From Prevotellaceae bacterium (GTDB taxonomy: Bacteria > Bacteroidota > Bacteroidia > Bacteroidales > Bacteroidaceae), in assembly GCA_031262085.1 (NCBI GenBank), contig JAISIN010000096.1, positions 2,471-66,470 of the forward strand: DNA of 64,000 nt, written 5' to 3'. Under the pieces are notes generated by a model. The model did no database searches. It was not told where the DNA came from and saw nothing but the letters and a program-made list of their open reading frames with translations. This document shows, piece by piece, positions 30,538 through 41,497 of the stretch. Within the stretch, counting starts at the first letter, position 1. Each line of letters starts with the position of its first letter. Made by a program: the position numbers and the translations under genes.

Positions 30538-30713
30538 GATTCTTTATTAGCTATTTATAACAAATCAACAAGTAAGAGTTATAGGAATACCTCTTCTTAT
30601 GAACTCCTTATGAAAACAAAGTTATAAACAACTTATGAAATAACAACCATATCGGACGAATATTTTCGTTTGCTTTTACTTAAAAAAATATTCATCGATA
30701 TTAGTTATTGATA

Positions 30714-31958
30714 TTAAGCACTTTGCAATCTTGCTACATTCATTTTCTCCAATTGACGCTTGGCATACTCCAAGGTAATATTCAGTTCGGCGCGCTGTTC
30801 GGAGGGTGTTTCAAACATACTGTCTATCATGATGGTTTCAACGATAGAACGCAGTCCTCGTGCTCCGAGTTTGTATTCGATGGCTTTATCAACGATATAT
30901 TCGTAAACCTCTTCATCGAAAGACAGACGCACTCCATCCATCTCGAACAGTTTGATATATTGCTTGATAATGGAATTTTTGGGTTCGGTCAGAATCGCTC
31001 TCAGCGCAGTTCTATCCAACGGATTGAGATAGGTCAGCACCGGCAGACGTCCGATGATTTCGGGTATCAACCCAAAACTTTTCAAGTCTTGCGGAGCGAT
31101 ATATTGCATCATGTTTTCACGGTCGATGGTTGCCACGTTTCTTTGGGCGTTATATCCTACTACTCTGGTATTGAGGCGTTGCGCTATTTTCTTTTCGATA
31201 CCATCGAATGCTCCCCCGCAGATGAAGAGTATATTTTTGGTATTTACGGCAATCATCTTTTGGTCGGGGTGTTTGCGTCCTCCCTGCGGCGGAACGAGCA
31301 CCACCGAGCCTTCGAGCAGTTTGAGCAGTCCTTGCTGTACCCCTTCTCCACTCACGTCGCGGGTAATCGACGGGTTATCTCCCTTGCGTGCTATTTTATC
31401 GATTTCGTCAATGAAGACGATGCCTCTTTCGGCTTCGGGCACTTTGTAGTCGGCTACTTGCAACAGTCGGGTGAGAATACTTTCAATATCTTCGCCCACA
31501 TATCCGGCTTCGGTCAAGACGGTTGCATCGACAATCGTGAAGGGTACATTGAGCAATTTGGCAATGGTGCGTGCCAGCAGTGTTTTGCCGGTGCCGGTGC
31601 TTCCCACCATAATAATATTCGATTTCTCTATCTCTACGTCGTCGCCCTTGTTCTTCTGCAACAATCGTTTATAGTGGTTATAAACAGATACAGACAGATA
31701 GCGTTTGGCATCATCTTGTCCGATAACGTATTGGTCGAGGAAAGCTTTAATCGTTGCCGGTTTGGGCATATCCTTCATATTGAGTACCGATGGCGCGCCA
31801 TACTCTTTGGTATTACGCATTTCATCGAGCATCATATACGCCTGATCAGCGCAAGTATCGCAGATATTCCCATCCAACCCTGAGATGAGATACGTCACGT
31901 CTTTTTCCGACCGTCCGCAAAAGCTGCACGTTCTATAAGTAATCTTTTTTTGAGCCAT
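30714..31958 (-). CDS. clpX: ATP-dependent Clp protease ATP-binding subunit
   Basis: CSFCGR zinc finger, GSTGTGKT, IDEIDK and RDVSGEGVQQ. Confidence 0.98.
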   Translation of the reverse strand: MAQKKITYRTCSFCGRSEKDVTYLISGLDGNICDTCADQAYMMLDEMRNTKEYGAPSVLNMKDMPKPATIKAFLDQYVIGQDDAKRYLSVSVYNHYKRLLQKNKGDDVEIEKSNIIMVGSTGTGKTLLARTIAKLLNVPFTIVDATVLTEAGYVGEDIESILTRLLQVADYKVPEAERGIVFIDEIDKIARKGDNPSITRDVSGEGVQQGLLKLLEGSVVLVPPQGGRKHPDQKMIAVNTKNILFICGGAFDGIEKKIAQRLNTRVVGYNAQRNVATIDRENMMQYIAPQDLKSFGLIPEIIGRLPVLTYLNPLDRTALRAILTEPKNSIIKQYIKLFEMDGVRLSFDEEVYEYIVDKAIEYKLGARGLRSIVETIMIDSMFETPSEQRAELNITLEYAKRQLEKMNVARLQSA

Positions 31959-31961
31959 GAA

Positions 31962-32630
31962 TTATTTCTTTATCATCACTTCGTCTACCATTCCGTATGC
32001 TTTGGCTTCGTCGGCAGTCATCCAGTAATCGCGGTCGGAGTCGGCAGCCACTTTATCGTAAGGGGTATGCGAGTGATTTGCAATAATGGTATAAAGTTCC
32101 TGCTTCATCTTAACGATTTCGCGGGCAGTGATTTCTATGTCCGAGGCTTGTCCCTGCACTCCTCCCAGCGGTTGGTGTATCATGACACGCGAGTGCTTCA
32201 GCGCCGAGCGCTTACCCTCGGTTCCTGCCACCAGCAATACGGCTGCCATGCTGGCTGCCATACCGGTACAGATGGTTGCTACGTTACTGCTGATGAACTG
32301 CATGGTATCGTAGATACCCAATCCGGCATATACCGACCCACCGGGTGAATTGATATAGATAGAGATATCTTTTCCCGGATCTGCCGAATCGAGATAAAGC
32401 AATTGGGCTTGCAGGGTATTGGCGGTATAATCGTCGATAGCCGTTCCCAAGAAGATGATGCGGTCCATCATCAGTCGGGAAAACACATCCATTTGGGTAA
32501 CGTTCAATTGACGCTCCTCCAATATATAGGGACTGATAGGGTATCCCCCACCTTGTGCTCGTATCACATCATCGAGCACCAAGCTATTCATGCCTAAATG
32601 CTTGGTAGCATATTTTCTAAAATCATCCAT
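31962..32630 (-). CDS. clpP: ATP-dependent Clp protease proteolytic subunit
   Basis: DVFSRLMMDRIIFLG, YINSPGGSV, GMAASM and MIHQP. Confidence 0.98.
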   Translation of the reverse strand: MDDFRKYATKHLGMNSLVLDDVIRAQGGGYPISPYILEERQLNVTQMDVFSRLMMDRIIFLGTAIDDYTANTLQAQLLYLDSADPGKDISIYINSPGGSVYAGLGIYDTMQFISSNVATICTGMAASMAAVLLVAGTEGKRSALKHSRVMIHQPLGGVQGQASDIEITAREIVKMKQELYTIIANHSHTPYDKVAADSDRDYWMTADEAKAYGMVDEVMIKK

Positions 32631-32632
32631 AA

Positions 32633-33991
32633 TTATTCAAAAAACTTATCAAATTCCTCCACCGTTATCACATGGTTACGCAGCGTCACTTGCTGTTGCA
32701 ATACTTTGCTGAGTTTTTCGTTGACAGCCTGCTCTGCAAGCTTCTCAACCTTTTCCTCGTCCTCCAACATTCCGCGGGCATAAGAGTCTAACATGTGCGC
32801 GGGTACACTCATACCATATTGAAAAAATTGTGTGCGGACATACTCTTTCGCCTGATCCAGAAGGTCGGCTTTTTCGATATCTATACCGGCAGCAGCCATC
32901 AACTGATTTCTGATTAATTGCCACGTCAGTCCTTCGAGGCTCTGTTGGAATTGCTCATCGGTCACCTCTTCTCCGTTCTTATCCTTTCCATTATTGATTT
33001 TCACATAACGCTTCAAGATACCTTCGGCATATTGCGGTTTATCTATCTTTCCCAAAATGTACGCTCGTATATCCAGTAAGAATTTTAAATCACTGCCTTG
33101 TTTGTCTTGCTGTTGCATGGCCTCCTTAACCCGTTCACGGAAATCGGCTTCATTGTCTACAACGCCCGGTCCCAGCACCCTGTCAAAGACATTTTGGTTC
33201 AGATCGTCGACTACATAACGAGTAATCCCGGCAATGAGATAGCTAAAGTCGGATTTTATCTCGACTGCCTTCTCTTTCTCCATATTAAAGAGCGATGCCA
33301 GTTCGGCTTCATTTCCTTTCCAAGCGACAGCGGGATTGAACACAATGGTATCCCCTACTTTACGACCTTCAAATCGTAACTTTTGCTCATCGTCTTTCAT
33401 ATAGGAAGGCAACATCGAAACCTCTTCCATCCGGATGCCCCCTTCTTTTTCGGCTCCGTTTTCGTCGAGTTCGATCAGCGTTCCCTTCAGCATATCTTCT
33501 TTATCGCCGCGGTACTCTTCTGCCGATTCGTATGTTCCATCACCATAAGCATATGCTTGTATACGATTATTCACCCTTTCGTCGGGCATGTCGATGGTAT
33601 AATAATCAATGGTATCGTTGGGGCTTAGTTCAACCTTTATGTCGGGTGTCAGCGCCACATCTATTTTGAATGTAAACTCCTCCATGTTGTCGAAATCTAC
33701 GTTATTCTCTCGGCTGGGGATGGGTTGTCCCAATACGGGCACTTTATTATCTTGCAGGTATTTGACAATAGCTTCGGAAACCATTTCCTCTACCTCTTCT
33801 CTCAAGACGCTCTTTTCGAACCGTTTTTTCACCAGTCCCATCGGCACCATACCTCTGCGGAAACCCGGCATATCCATTTTCTGACGAATATTCTTGAGTG
33901 ACTTTTCCACTTTTGCCTGATAATCCGTCTTTTCTACATTCAGGGTAAGCAGCGCGCTTGCCTTGTCTACGTTCTGAAATGAAATGTTCAT
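32633..33991 (-). CDS. tig: Trigger factor
   Basis: Ribosome-binding motif MPGFRRGMVP; tig-clpP-clpX gene order. Confidence 0.93.
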   Translation of the reverse strand: MNISFQNVDKASALLTLNVEKTDYQAKVEKSLKNIRQKMDMPGFRRGMVPMGLVKKRFEKSVLREEVEEMVSEAIVKYLQDNKVPVLGQPIPSRENNVDFDNMEEFTFKIDVALTPDIKVELSPNDTIDYYTIDMPDERVNNRIQAYAYGDGTYESAEEYRGDKEDMLKGTLIELDENGAEKEGGIRMEEVSMLPSYMKDDEQKLRFEGRKVGDTIVFNPAVAWKGNEAELASLFNMEKEKAVEIKSDFSYLIAGITRYVVDDLNQNVFDRVLGPGVVDNEADFRERVKEAMQQQDKQGSDLKFLLDIRAYILGKIDKPQYAEGILKRYVKINNGKDKNGEEVTDEQFQQSLEGLTWQLIRNQLMAAAGIDIEKADLLDQAKEYVRTQFFQYGMSVPAHMLDSYARGMLEDEEKVEKLAEQAVNEKLSKVLQQQVTLRNHVITVEEFDKFFE

Positions 33992-34114
33992 TCTATGATT
34001 TATTAATTTATATTTTAAATGTGCAATGCTTATAACTCTAAATAAGAATGGGGGTGCAAAAATAGCGTTATTTTTTCAAATACCACCATACGAAAGATAT
34101 TTTGTTATCTCCAC

Positions 34115-34816
34115 TTATCCTATCTTACTTATCTTACGCAGTTTCTCTTCATCTATCAGTTTTATTTTCCGTCCGTCGATGGCAATCAGACGTTCATTGG
34201 AGAATTGCGACAAGGTACGAATGGCGTTGGATGTAGTCATGTTGGAGAGACTTGCCAAATCTTCGCGCGAGAGATAGATGCTCAGCGTAGACTCATCTTC
34301 TTCAACCCCATAGCTCTCTTTAAGAAACAACAGCGATTCTGCCAGACGTCCGCGGATGTGCTTCTGCGTGAGATTGACGGTACGCTCATCGGCAACGCCT
34401 AAATCGACCGAAAGCTGGCGGATAAAAAACAGAGCCAGCTTATTATTTTGTTCGATCAATGTCATAATGGCAGTCATAGGTATGAGGCACACCACCGAAG
34501 GTTCGAAAGCCGACGCAGCCGTGACATAGTCTTCGCCCGCGAAATACGCACGATAACCGAAATACTCCACCGGCTTAATCATGCGGATAATCTGAGAGCG
34601 TCCACCTACACCGTCTTTATATATTTTCACTTTGCCCGTCAGTAAACACATCAGATAGCGGGGCGATTCACTCTCGTAGTGAATTACCTCATTCTTTTTA
34701 TAATGCTGGATGGTAAACTGATTAGCGAGAAACTTGCGTTGGTTTCCTGTCAAGGGCTCCCACATGTCGGCAATCAGTTCCTGGACGGTCATATCTGATA
34801 AATTAACTTCCATCAT
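34115..34816 (-). CDS. Crp/Fnr family transcriptional regulator
   Basis: cNMP-binding domain (GKVKIYK, EYFGYRA) and HTH (LSREDLASLSNMTTSNAIRTLS); start trimmed to MMEVNL. Confidence 0.92.
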   Translation of the reverse strand: MMEVNLSDMTVQELIADMWEPLTGNQRKFLANQFTIQHYKKNEVIHYESESPRYLMCLLTGKVKIYKDGVGGRSQIIRMIKPVEYFGYRAYFAGEDYVTAASAFEPSVVCLIPMTAIMTLIEQNNKLALFFIRQLSVDLGVADERTVNLTQKHIRGRLAESLLFLKESYGVEEDESTLSIYLSREDLASLSNMTTSNAIRTLSQFSNERLIAIDGRKIKLIDEEKLRKISKIG

Positions 34817-34920
34817 GCTGCTGAAAAACTGTGTTATAAAGCACAAAAGTAGAAAGAAAAAATCAATTTGAATAGAAAAATACAAAATATTGCGTAAGTT
34901 TGCAGTAAAAAGAGCAAGTA

Positions 34921-35796
34921 ATGATGAAGAATATCAAGCATGTTGACATAAATATTATCCGACGTTTTCCTACGATTAACTTTATCGGAAACGATTTTGC
35001 GATCTTTCACAATGTCGGTAGTATCTCGTTATTCGACTACCCCACGCGTTTGAACGGCGCCTGTCTGGCGCTTTGCCTGAACGGACAGTCGAACATTCGA
35101 ATCAATCTGCGGGAATACGAAATGAAACCCGGAGTGCTGGTCATCACCATGCCCGAACAGATTTTACAGCAGGTAGATTATACCGACGATTTTACCTGCA
35201 TCCTGATTGTCGTGTCCGAGCGTATTGTCAACGAGGTACTCCCCACCATACAGCAACTGTTACCACTCTTCTTCCGCATCAAGGAAGAGCCGTGCATACT
35301 TCTGAAAGCCGAAGATATTGTAGCCATTAACGAATATTACTCGTTTATGCAGAAAAAAGTAAAACTGAAAGACAACCCCTTCCGACGCGAAATTGCACAA
35401 GGCATACTGTTGGCGCTGTTTTATGACATTTATGCCATCTATCTGGGGAACCAACCGCCGGTCAAGAAATCCAAAACGCGCAAAGAAGAGTTGTTCGACC
35501 GGTTCATACGCGCCGTCGGCGAATCGTATAAACAAGAGAGAAGCGTGGCATTTTATGCCGACAAGCTCTTCCTCACGCCCAAACATCTATCTACTGCCAT
35601 CAAGGAGGTTAGCGGAAAGACCGCCGGCGAATGGATCGAAAACAGTGTGATTCTGGAAGCCAAAGCCTTACTCAAATCGTCCGAGCTAAGCATTCAGGAG
35701 ATCTCCGACGAACTGCACTTTGCCAATCAATCGTTTTTCGGGAAGTATTTCAAGCAACACACCGGAATGTCGCCTAAAGAATACAGGCAGCAATAA
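34921..35796 (+). CDS. AraC family transcriptional regulator
   Basis: C-terminal YADKLFLTPKHLS...LSIQEISDELHFANQSFFGKYFK..GMSPKEYR. Confidence 0.93.
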   Translation: MMKNIKHVDINIIRRFPTINFIGNDFAIFHNVGSISLFDYPTRLNGACLALCLNGQSNIRINLREYEMKPGVLVITMPEQILQQVDYTDDFTCILIVVSERIVNEVLPTIQQLLPLFFRIKEEPCILLKAEDIVAINEYYSFMQKKVKLKDNPFRREIAQGILLALFYDIYAIYLGNQPPVKKSKTRKEELFDRFIRAVGESYKQERSVAFYADKLFLTPKHLSTAIKEVSGKTAGEWIENSVILEAKALLKSSELSIQEISDELHFANQSFFGKYFKQHTGMSPKEYRQQ

Positions 35797-35882
35797 ATAT
35801 CAGAGCAACATCATCGGGTTATATCGGCTTGTGGAAAGCGCTTCCACAGGCTGATATAACCATATATATGCTTTCGATAAGG

Positions 35883-35970
35883 ACGTCTAACGGTGGTTGT
35901 ACGCGCGTCCAACGACCGTTAGCCGCGCGTCCAACGGCCGTTAGACGCGCGTACAACCACCGTTGGACGC
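35883..35970. repeat. Four tandem 22-bp quasi-palindromic units (REP-like)
   Basis: ACGTCTAACGGTGGTTGTACGC / GCGTCCAACGACCGTTAGCCGC / GCGTCCAACGGCCGTTAGACGC / GCGTACAACCACCGTTGGACGC; the idealised unit GCGTCCAACGGCCGTTGGACGC is a perfect palindrome. Confidence 0.85.
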
Positions 35971-36144
35971 CCTTGATGAACCGATTCGGATGCCATTCAC
36001 GCAGCGTGTTATACGCAATATGTCGCTACATTACACCTAAATATATTGGGCTAACACTATTGTTATAAACCGCAAAAAAACAGACAGACTTAGCCACTGT
36101 TCGGCAAGAAAGTGATACTTTTGCCGAACTTTAAGATAACAAGC

Positions 36145-37002
36145 ATGGTGAAAAAGAATAGTAAAACGTTTCGCTTCGCGCCCAAGAACTACTCAGACGA
36201 AGTAGAGGCGAAGATACAACAATACAAAAAGAAAGGCTACAGACTGCCCACACACCGCATGTTGCGCAACGAAGAACAATTGGCAGGCATACGTGCCAGC
36301 GCCGAAATCAATACAGCGTTGCTCGACTTCCTGAGCGGACAAATACGGGAAGGCATGTCGACAGCCGAAATCGACCACCTCGTGTACGCCTTCACCACCG
36401 ACCATGATGCCATTCCCGCGCCATTCCTGTTCGAGGGATTCCCCAAAAGTGTATGCACCAGCATCAACGACGTTGTTTGCCACGGCATACCCAGCCCGAA
36501 AGAATTCCTGCGCAACGGAGATATTGTAAACGTTGATGTATCGACCATTTATAAAGGATATTTCTCCGATGCGTCGCGCATGTTTCTCATCGGAAACGTA
36601 TCGCCCGAAATGCAACGCTTGGTGCAAGTCACTCGCGAATGTCGCGACATCGGCGTACAAACGGCACAACCTTGGACGCAATTAGGCGACGTGGGAGCAG
36701 CCATTCAGGAACACGCCGAGAAAAACGGATACAGCGTGGTGCGCGACCTCACCGGTCACGGAGTAGGCATGCAATTTCATGAAGACCCCGAAGTAAACCA
36801 TTTCGGCAAGCGGGGAACAGGCATGCTCATCGTACCGGGAATGACTTTTACCATCGAACCGATGATAAACATGGGCACCTACAAGGTTTTCATAGACGAA
36901 GCCGACGGATGGACTGTGTGCACCGACGACGGACTGCCGTCGGCACAATGGGAAAGCATGATTCTCATCACCGAAACAGGAAACGAAGTACTTACTGAAT
37001 AA
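36145..37002 (+). CDS. map: Methionine aminopeptidase type I
   Basis: CTSINDVVCHGIP, DIVNVDVS, GHGVG..FHEDP, FTIEPMIN and AQWE; start at ATG 36145 because the TACTTTTG box lies at 36116-36123. Confidence 0.96.
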   Translation: MVKKNSKTFRFAPKNYSDEVEAKIQQYKKKGYRLPTHRMLRNEEQLAGIRASAEINTALLDFLSGQIREGMSTAEIDHLVYAFTTDHDAIPAPFLFEGFPKSVCTSINDVVCHGIPSPKEFLRNGDIVNVDVSTIYKGYFSDASRMFLIGNVSPEMQRLVQVTRECRDIGVQTAQPWTQLGDVGAAIQEHAEKNGYSVVRDLTGHGVGMQFHEDPEVNHFGKRGTGMLIVPGMTFTIEPMINMGTYKVFIDEADGWTVCTDDGLPSAQWESMILITETGNEVLTE

Positions 37003-37019
37003 AAACAATATATCTGCAA

Positions 37020-37484
37020 ATGAAACTGATTTCCGAAAAACTCCTGAATGACGTAACCCGACAGGCACAAGCCAGTCCGCGCCTGCGCATGAATTATAAT
37101 CTGCACGAATCTTTGTCGGCGCCCATCCAACGACTGCTTAATGCTTTGGAACCCGACACCTATCTCCCACCCCACCGGCATCCCGATAAAACAGAAACCT
37201 ACCTCATGGTAAGAGGCAGCCTCCTTGCCTTCTTCTACGACGATCAGGGAAACGTCACCGAATGGGCACACCTCAGCCACGCCGCCGAAAACTATGGTCT
37301 CGAAATACCTGCCAATACCTGGCACAGCATCATATCGCTGGAACCGGGAACTATTATCTTCGAGGTCAAAGCCGGACCCTACCTGCCACTCGCTCCCAAT
37401 GACATTCCGGCATGGGCGCCTGCCAACACTCCTGCCTCCATAGCCGAATTTAGAGCAAAATTAATGAAAGTGGTATCTCTCTAA
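37020..37484 (+). CDS. WbuC family cupin-fold metalloprotein
   Basis: SPRLRMNYNLH, QRLLNALEPDTYLPPHRH and FEVKAGPY. Confidence 0.88.
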   Translation: MKLISEKLLNDVTRQAQASPRLRMNYNLHESLSAPIQRLLNALEPDTYLPPHRHPDKTETYLMVRGSLLAFFYDDQGNVTEWAHLSHAAENYGLEIPANTWHSIISLEPGTIIFEVKAGPYLPLAPNDIPAWAPANTPASIAEFRAKLMKVVSL

Positions 37485-37571
37485 ATTATAAAAGCTCGTT
37501 GATACTTTACAGTAAATTAACTGATTTTTTATTTATAGAACCGAATAGAACATCTAACTTTGCGAAGTATT

Positions 37572-37709
37572 AAAAAACGCCTGTAAGAAAGATTATTGGT
37601 GCACATAAATGACAGGAGGGTAGCCCCAGCCGATAGATGTCAAACTCTATTTCTCAGATGATCTGTGGAGCGCCACCGCTCATACTGTACTTCTGTCAGT
37701 GCACCAATA
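37572..37709 (+). ncRNA. Candidate structured small RNA (long closing stem, multi-hairpin apex)
   Basis: -7 box TAACTTTG at 37555-37562; 5' arm 37572-37618 is complementary to 3' arm 37670-37709; ends in a T-run. Family not identified. Confidence 0.5.
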
Positions 37710-37732
37710 TTCTCTTAAAGGTGTTTTTTTCT

Positions 37733-38749
37733 TTATGCGTTTCGCAAGCTCTGCAAGAATGCCTCTATATCGGCTTCCGTAGTATCAAACGACGTCACTA
37801 ACCGTATCTCATTCATAGGCTCATTCCAAAAATAGAAGAAATAGGTAGCAAGCAACTTATCGATCACCTCACGAGGCATTGTCAGAAACAGTTGATTGCT
37901 CTGAGGCTTCTGTGTGAAATGCACAAACGGAAACTGCTTCAGCCCTTCGGTCAACCTTGCTGCCATCGCATTGGCATGGGTTGCATTTTTTTTCCATAGA
38001 TCGTCAGTGAGATAAGCCGTAAACTGACAAGCAAGATAGCGTTGTTTGGATGCCAGCTGTGCCGACTGTTTCCGTACAAAAAGCGCTTCTTCCTTTAGGG
38101 CATGATTGAAGATGATGACGCTCTCGCCTATCATCAACCCATTCTTCGTGCCGCCAAAACTAAGCACATCGATGCCACACGCTACGGTCAATGCCCTAAG
38201 CGAAACACCCAAAGCCACGCAGGCATTGGCAAGACGGGCGCCGTCAACATGTACATACATGCCGTGCGCATGTGCCAGTTCGGTAATTGCCGTCAACTCG
38301 ACAGGCGTATAAACCGTTCCCATCTCCGTACATTCCGAAAGATAAATAACCCCCGGCTGCGAATGATGCTGTTCGCCGAAGTTCTTCAGGTGAGGGCGTA
38401 TCAGGTCGGGGGTCAACTTGCCGTCGGGTGTGACAATCGGACGTATCTGACATCCTGTCATACGGGCAGGCGCACCGCACTCGTCGACATAGATATGAGC
38501 CGTCTCGGCACAGAGTATCAACTTATAGGGTCGCGTAGCAAGCTGTAAGGCTACGGCATTACTGCCCGTTCCGTTAAAAACGAACAACGGTTCGCAATCG
38601 GGCGAAAAATGATCACGGATCATACGGACAGCTTCCGCCGTCCAAGGGTCGTCGCCATAGCCTAAAGCATGGTCTTGATTAGCTCGGCTCAATGCTTCCA
38701 TCACTAATGGATGCACGCCGGAATTGTTGTCGGATGCAAAACTTCTCAT
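37733..38749 (-). CDS. ltaE: Low-specificity L-threonine aldolase
   Basis: MRSFASDN, YGDDPWT, NGTGSNA, HVDGARLANA and SFGGTKNG (PLP lysine); start trimmed. Confidence 0.9.
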   Translation of the reverse strand: MRSFASDNNSGVHPLVMEALSRANQDHALGYGDDPWTAEAVRMIRDHFSPDCEPLFVFNGTGSNAVALQLATRPYKLILCAETAHIYVDECGAPARMTGCQIRPIVTPDGKLTPDLIRPHLKNFGEQHHSQPGVIYLSECTEMGTVYTPVELTAITELAHAHGMYVHVDGARLANACVALGVSLRALTVACGIDVLSFGGTKNGLMIGESVIIFNHALKEEALFVRKQSAQLASKQRYLACQFTAYLTDDLWKKNATHANAMAARLTEGLKQFPFVHFTQKPQSNQLFLTMPREVIDKLLATYFFYFWNEPMNEIRLVTSFDTTEADIEAFLQSLRNA

Positions 38750-38906
38750 CATGTTAATAGTGGCACAAAGGAACAAAAAAACTGCGATGCGGCAAAGAAG
38801 GTTGTTCAACAAAAGAAGGATGTTTAACACAAAATAAAAGCGATGCGAAACATTTCTGCTTCCACATCGCTTCTATAAGCTATCTCCGATGAAATAGTCC
38901 GATAAA

Positions 38907-39128
38907 CTATCCGATGAAAACATTCACGCCTAAAAAGATATATAAGATTTCTTTGTCCTGAAGGAGCATAATCTTATCTTCACGTGCCAGCCACCCTAAA
39001 GCAGCTCCCAATTCCGCGTCTTTTAATCCGGACCGTGTCTTTAACGCAGAGTAGTCCCAGCGATCGTAATTTCCCAAAATATGCCACACTTTCTCTGCAT
39101 TCAGTCCAATCTGATTTTTATTCATCAC
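38907..39128 (-). CDS. DUF2582 winged-helix small protein
   Basis: IGLNAEKVW...ALGWLAREDKI pattern; TACTTTTG box at 39177-39184. Confidence 0.85.
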   Translation of the reverse strand: MMNKNQIGLNAEKVWHILGNYDRWDYSALKTRSGLKDAELGAALGWLAREDKIMLLQDKEILYIFLGVNVFIG

Positions 39129-39292
39129 GTCACTTTTTAATGTTGTTATTAGATTAGAATGATCACATCACGAGCGCAAAAGTACGAAATTCAAGAAGAG
39201 GACAAAAGCATTTATTAACCATTGGTCTATAAATTCACACTATTTACAGTAGTTTTCATTAAGTTAGTGGCGAAAACGAGGCGTACCGATAT

Positions 39293-39333
39293 AAAAAAGA
39301 CCGCAACCTCCGTTTGACGGGAAGTCGCGGTCG
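39293..39333 (-). terminator. Intrinsic terminator after groL
   Basis: Imperfect GACCGC(A/G)AC hairpin with a U-tract on the minus strand (A7 on +). Confidence 0.6.
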
Positions 39334-39368
39334 TTATACAACTAAAGATAAAGGCGAAACTTATGAGA

Positions 39369-41024
<1,656 letters not shown>

Positions 41025-41037
41025 TTAAACATTTTAA

Positions 41038-41310
41038 TTAACCCCATACAGCAACAACATCACTTTGTCGCATGATGAGATATTTGGTACCCTCTACTTC
41101 GAGTTCCGTCCCGGCATATTTGCCATATAATACGGTATCCCCTACTTTCAATACCATTTCTTCATCTTTCGTACCGTGACCAACTGCCACTACATCACCC
41201 TTCAAAGGTTTCTCTTTTGCCGTATCGGGAATAATAATGCCGCCCACGGTCTTTTCTTCTGCCGGTGCAGGGAGTATCAGCACTCTATCTGCCAATGGTT
41301 TAATGTTCAT
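41038..41310 (-). CDS. groS: Co-chaperonin GroES
   Basis: [23 protein letters not shown] and GKYAGTE. Confidence 0.99.
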   Translation of the reverse strand: MNIKPLADRVLILPAPAEEKTVGGIIIPDTAKEKPLKGDVVAVGHGTKDEEMVLKVGDTVLYGKYAGTELEVEGTKYLIMRQSDVVAVWG

Positions 41311-41497
41311 ACTTCTTTATTTTAATATGTTATACATAAATAGAATTAATGCTGTGCATCCTTTCTGGAAGCACAAAAGGGATAACGAAAAGTGTGCCAA
41401 ATAATCTATATAGAAGAATCTGTCAGCCATAAACTGACAGAATGACAAAAGCCATATTCACTCATCATAGCTATTTCTTTAAGATGAAAGCACTCTT

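Noticed and set aside
30708-31883. 391-aa ORF antisense to clpX (likewise 7264-8613, 17774-18802, 45837-46790, 47428-48375, 57205-58206 and the many short overlapping ORFs)
   Set aside because: Fully overlapped by well-supported opposite-strand genes, with no domain motifs or own promoters.
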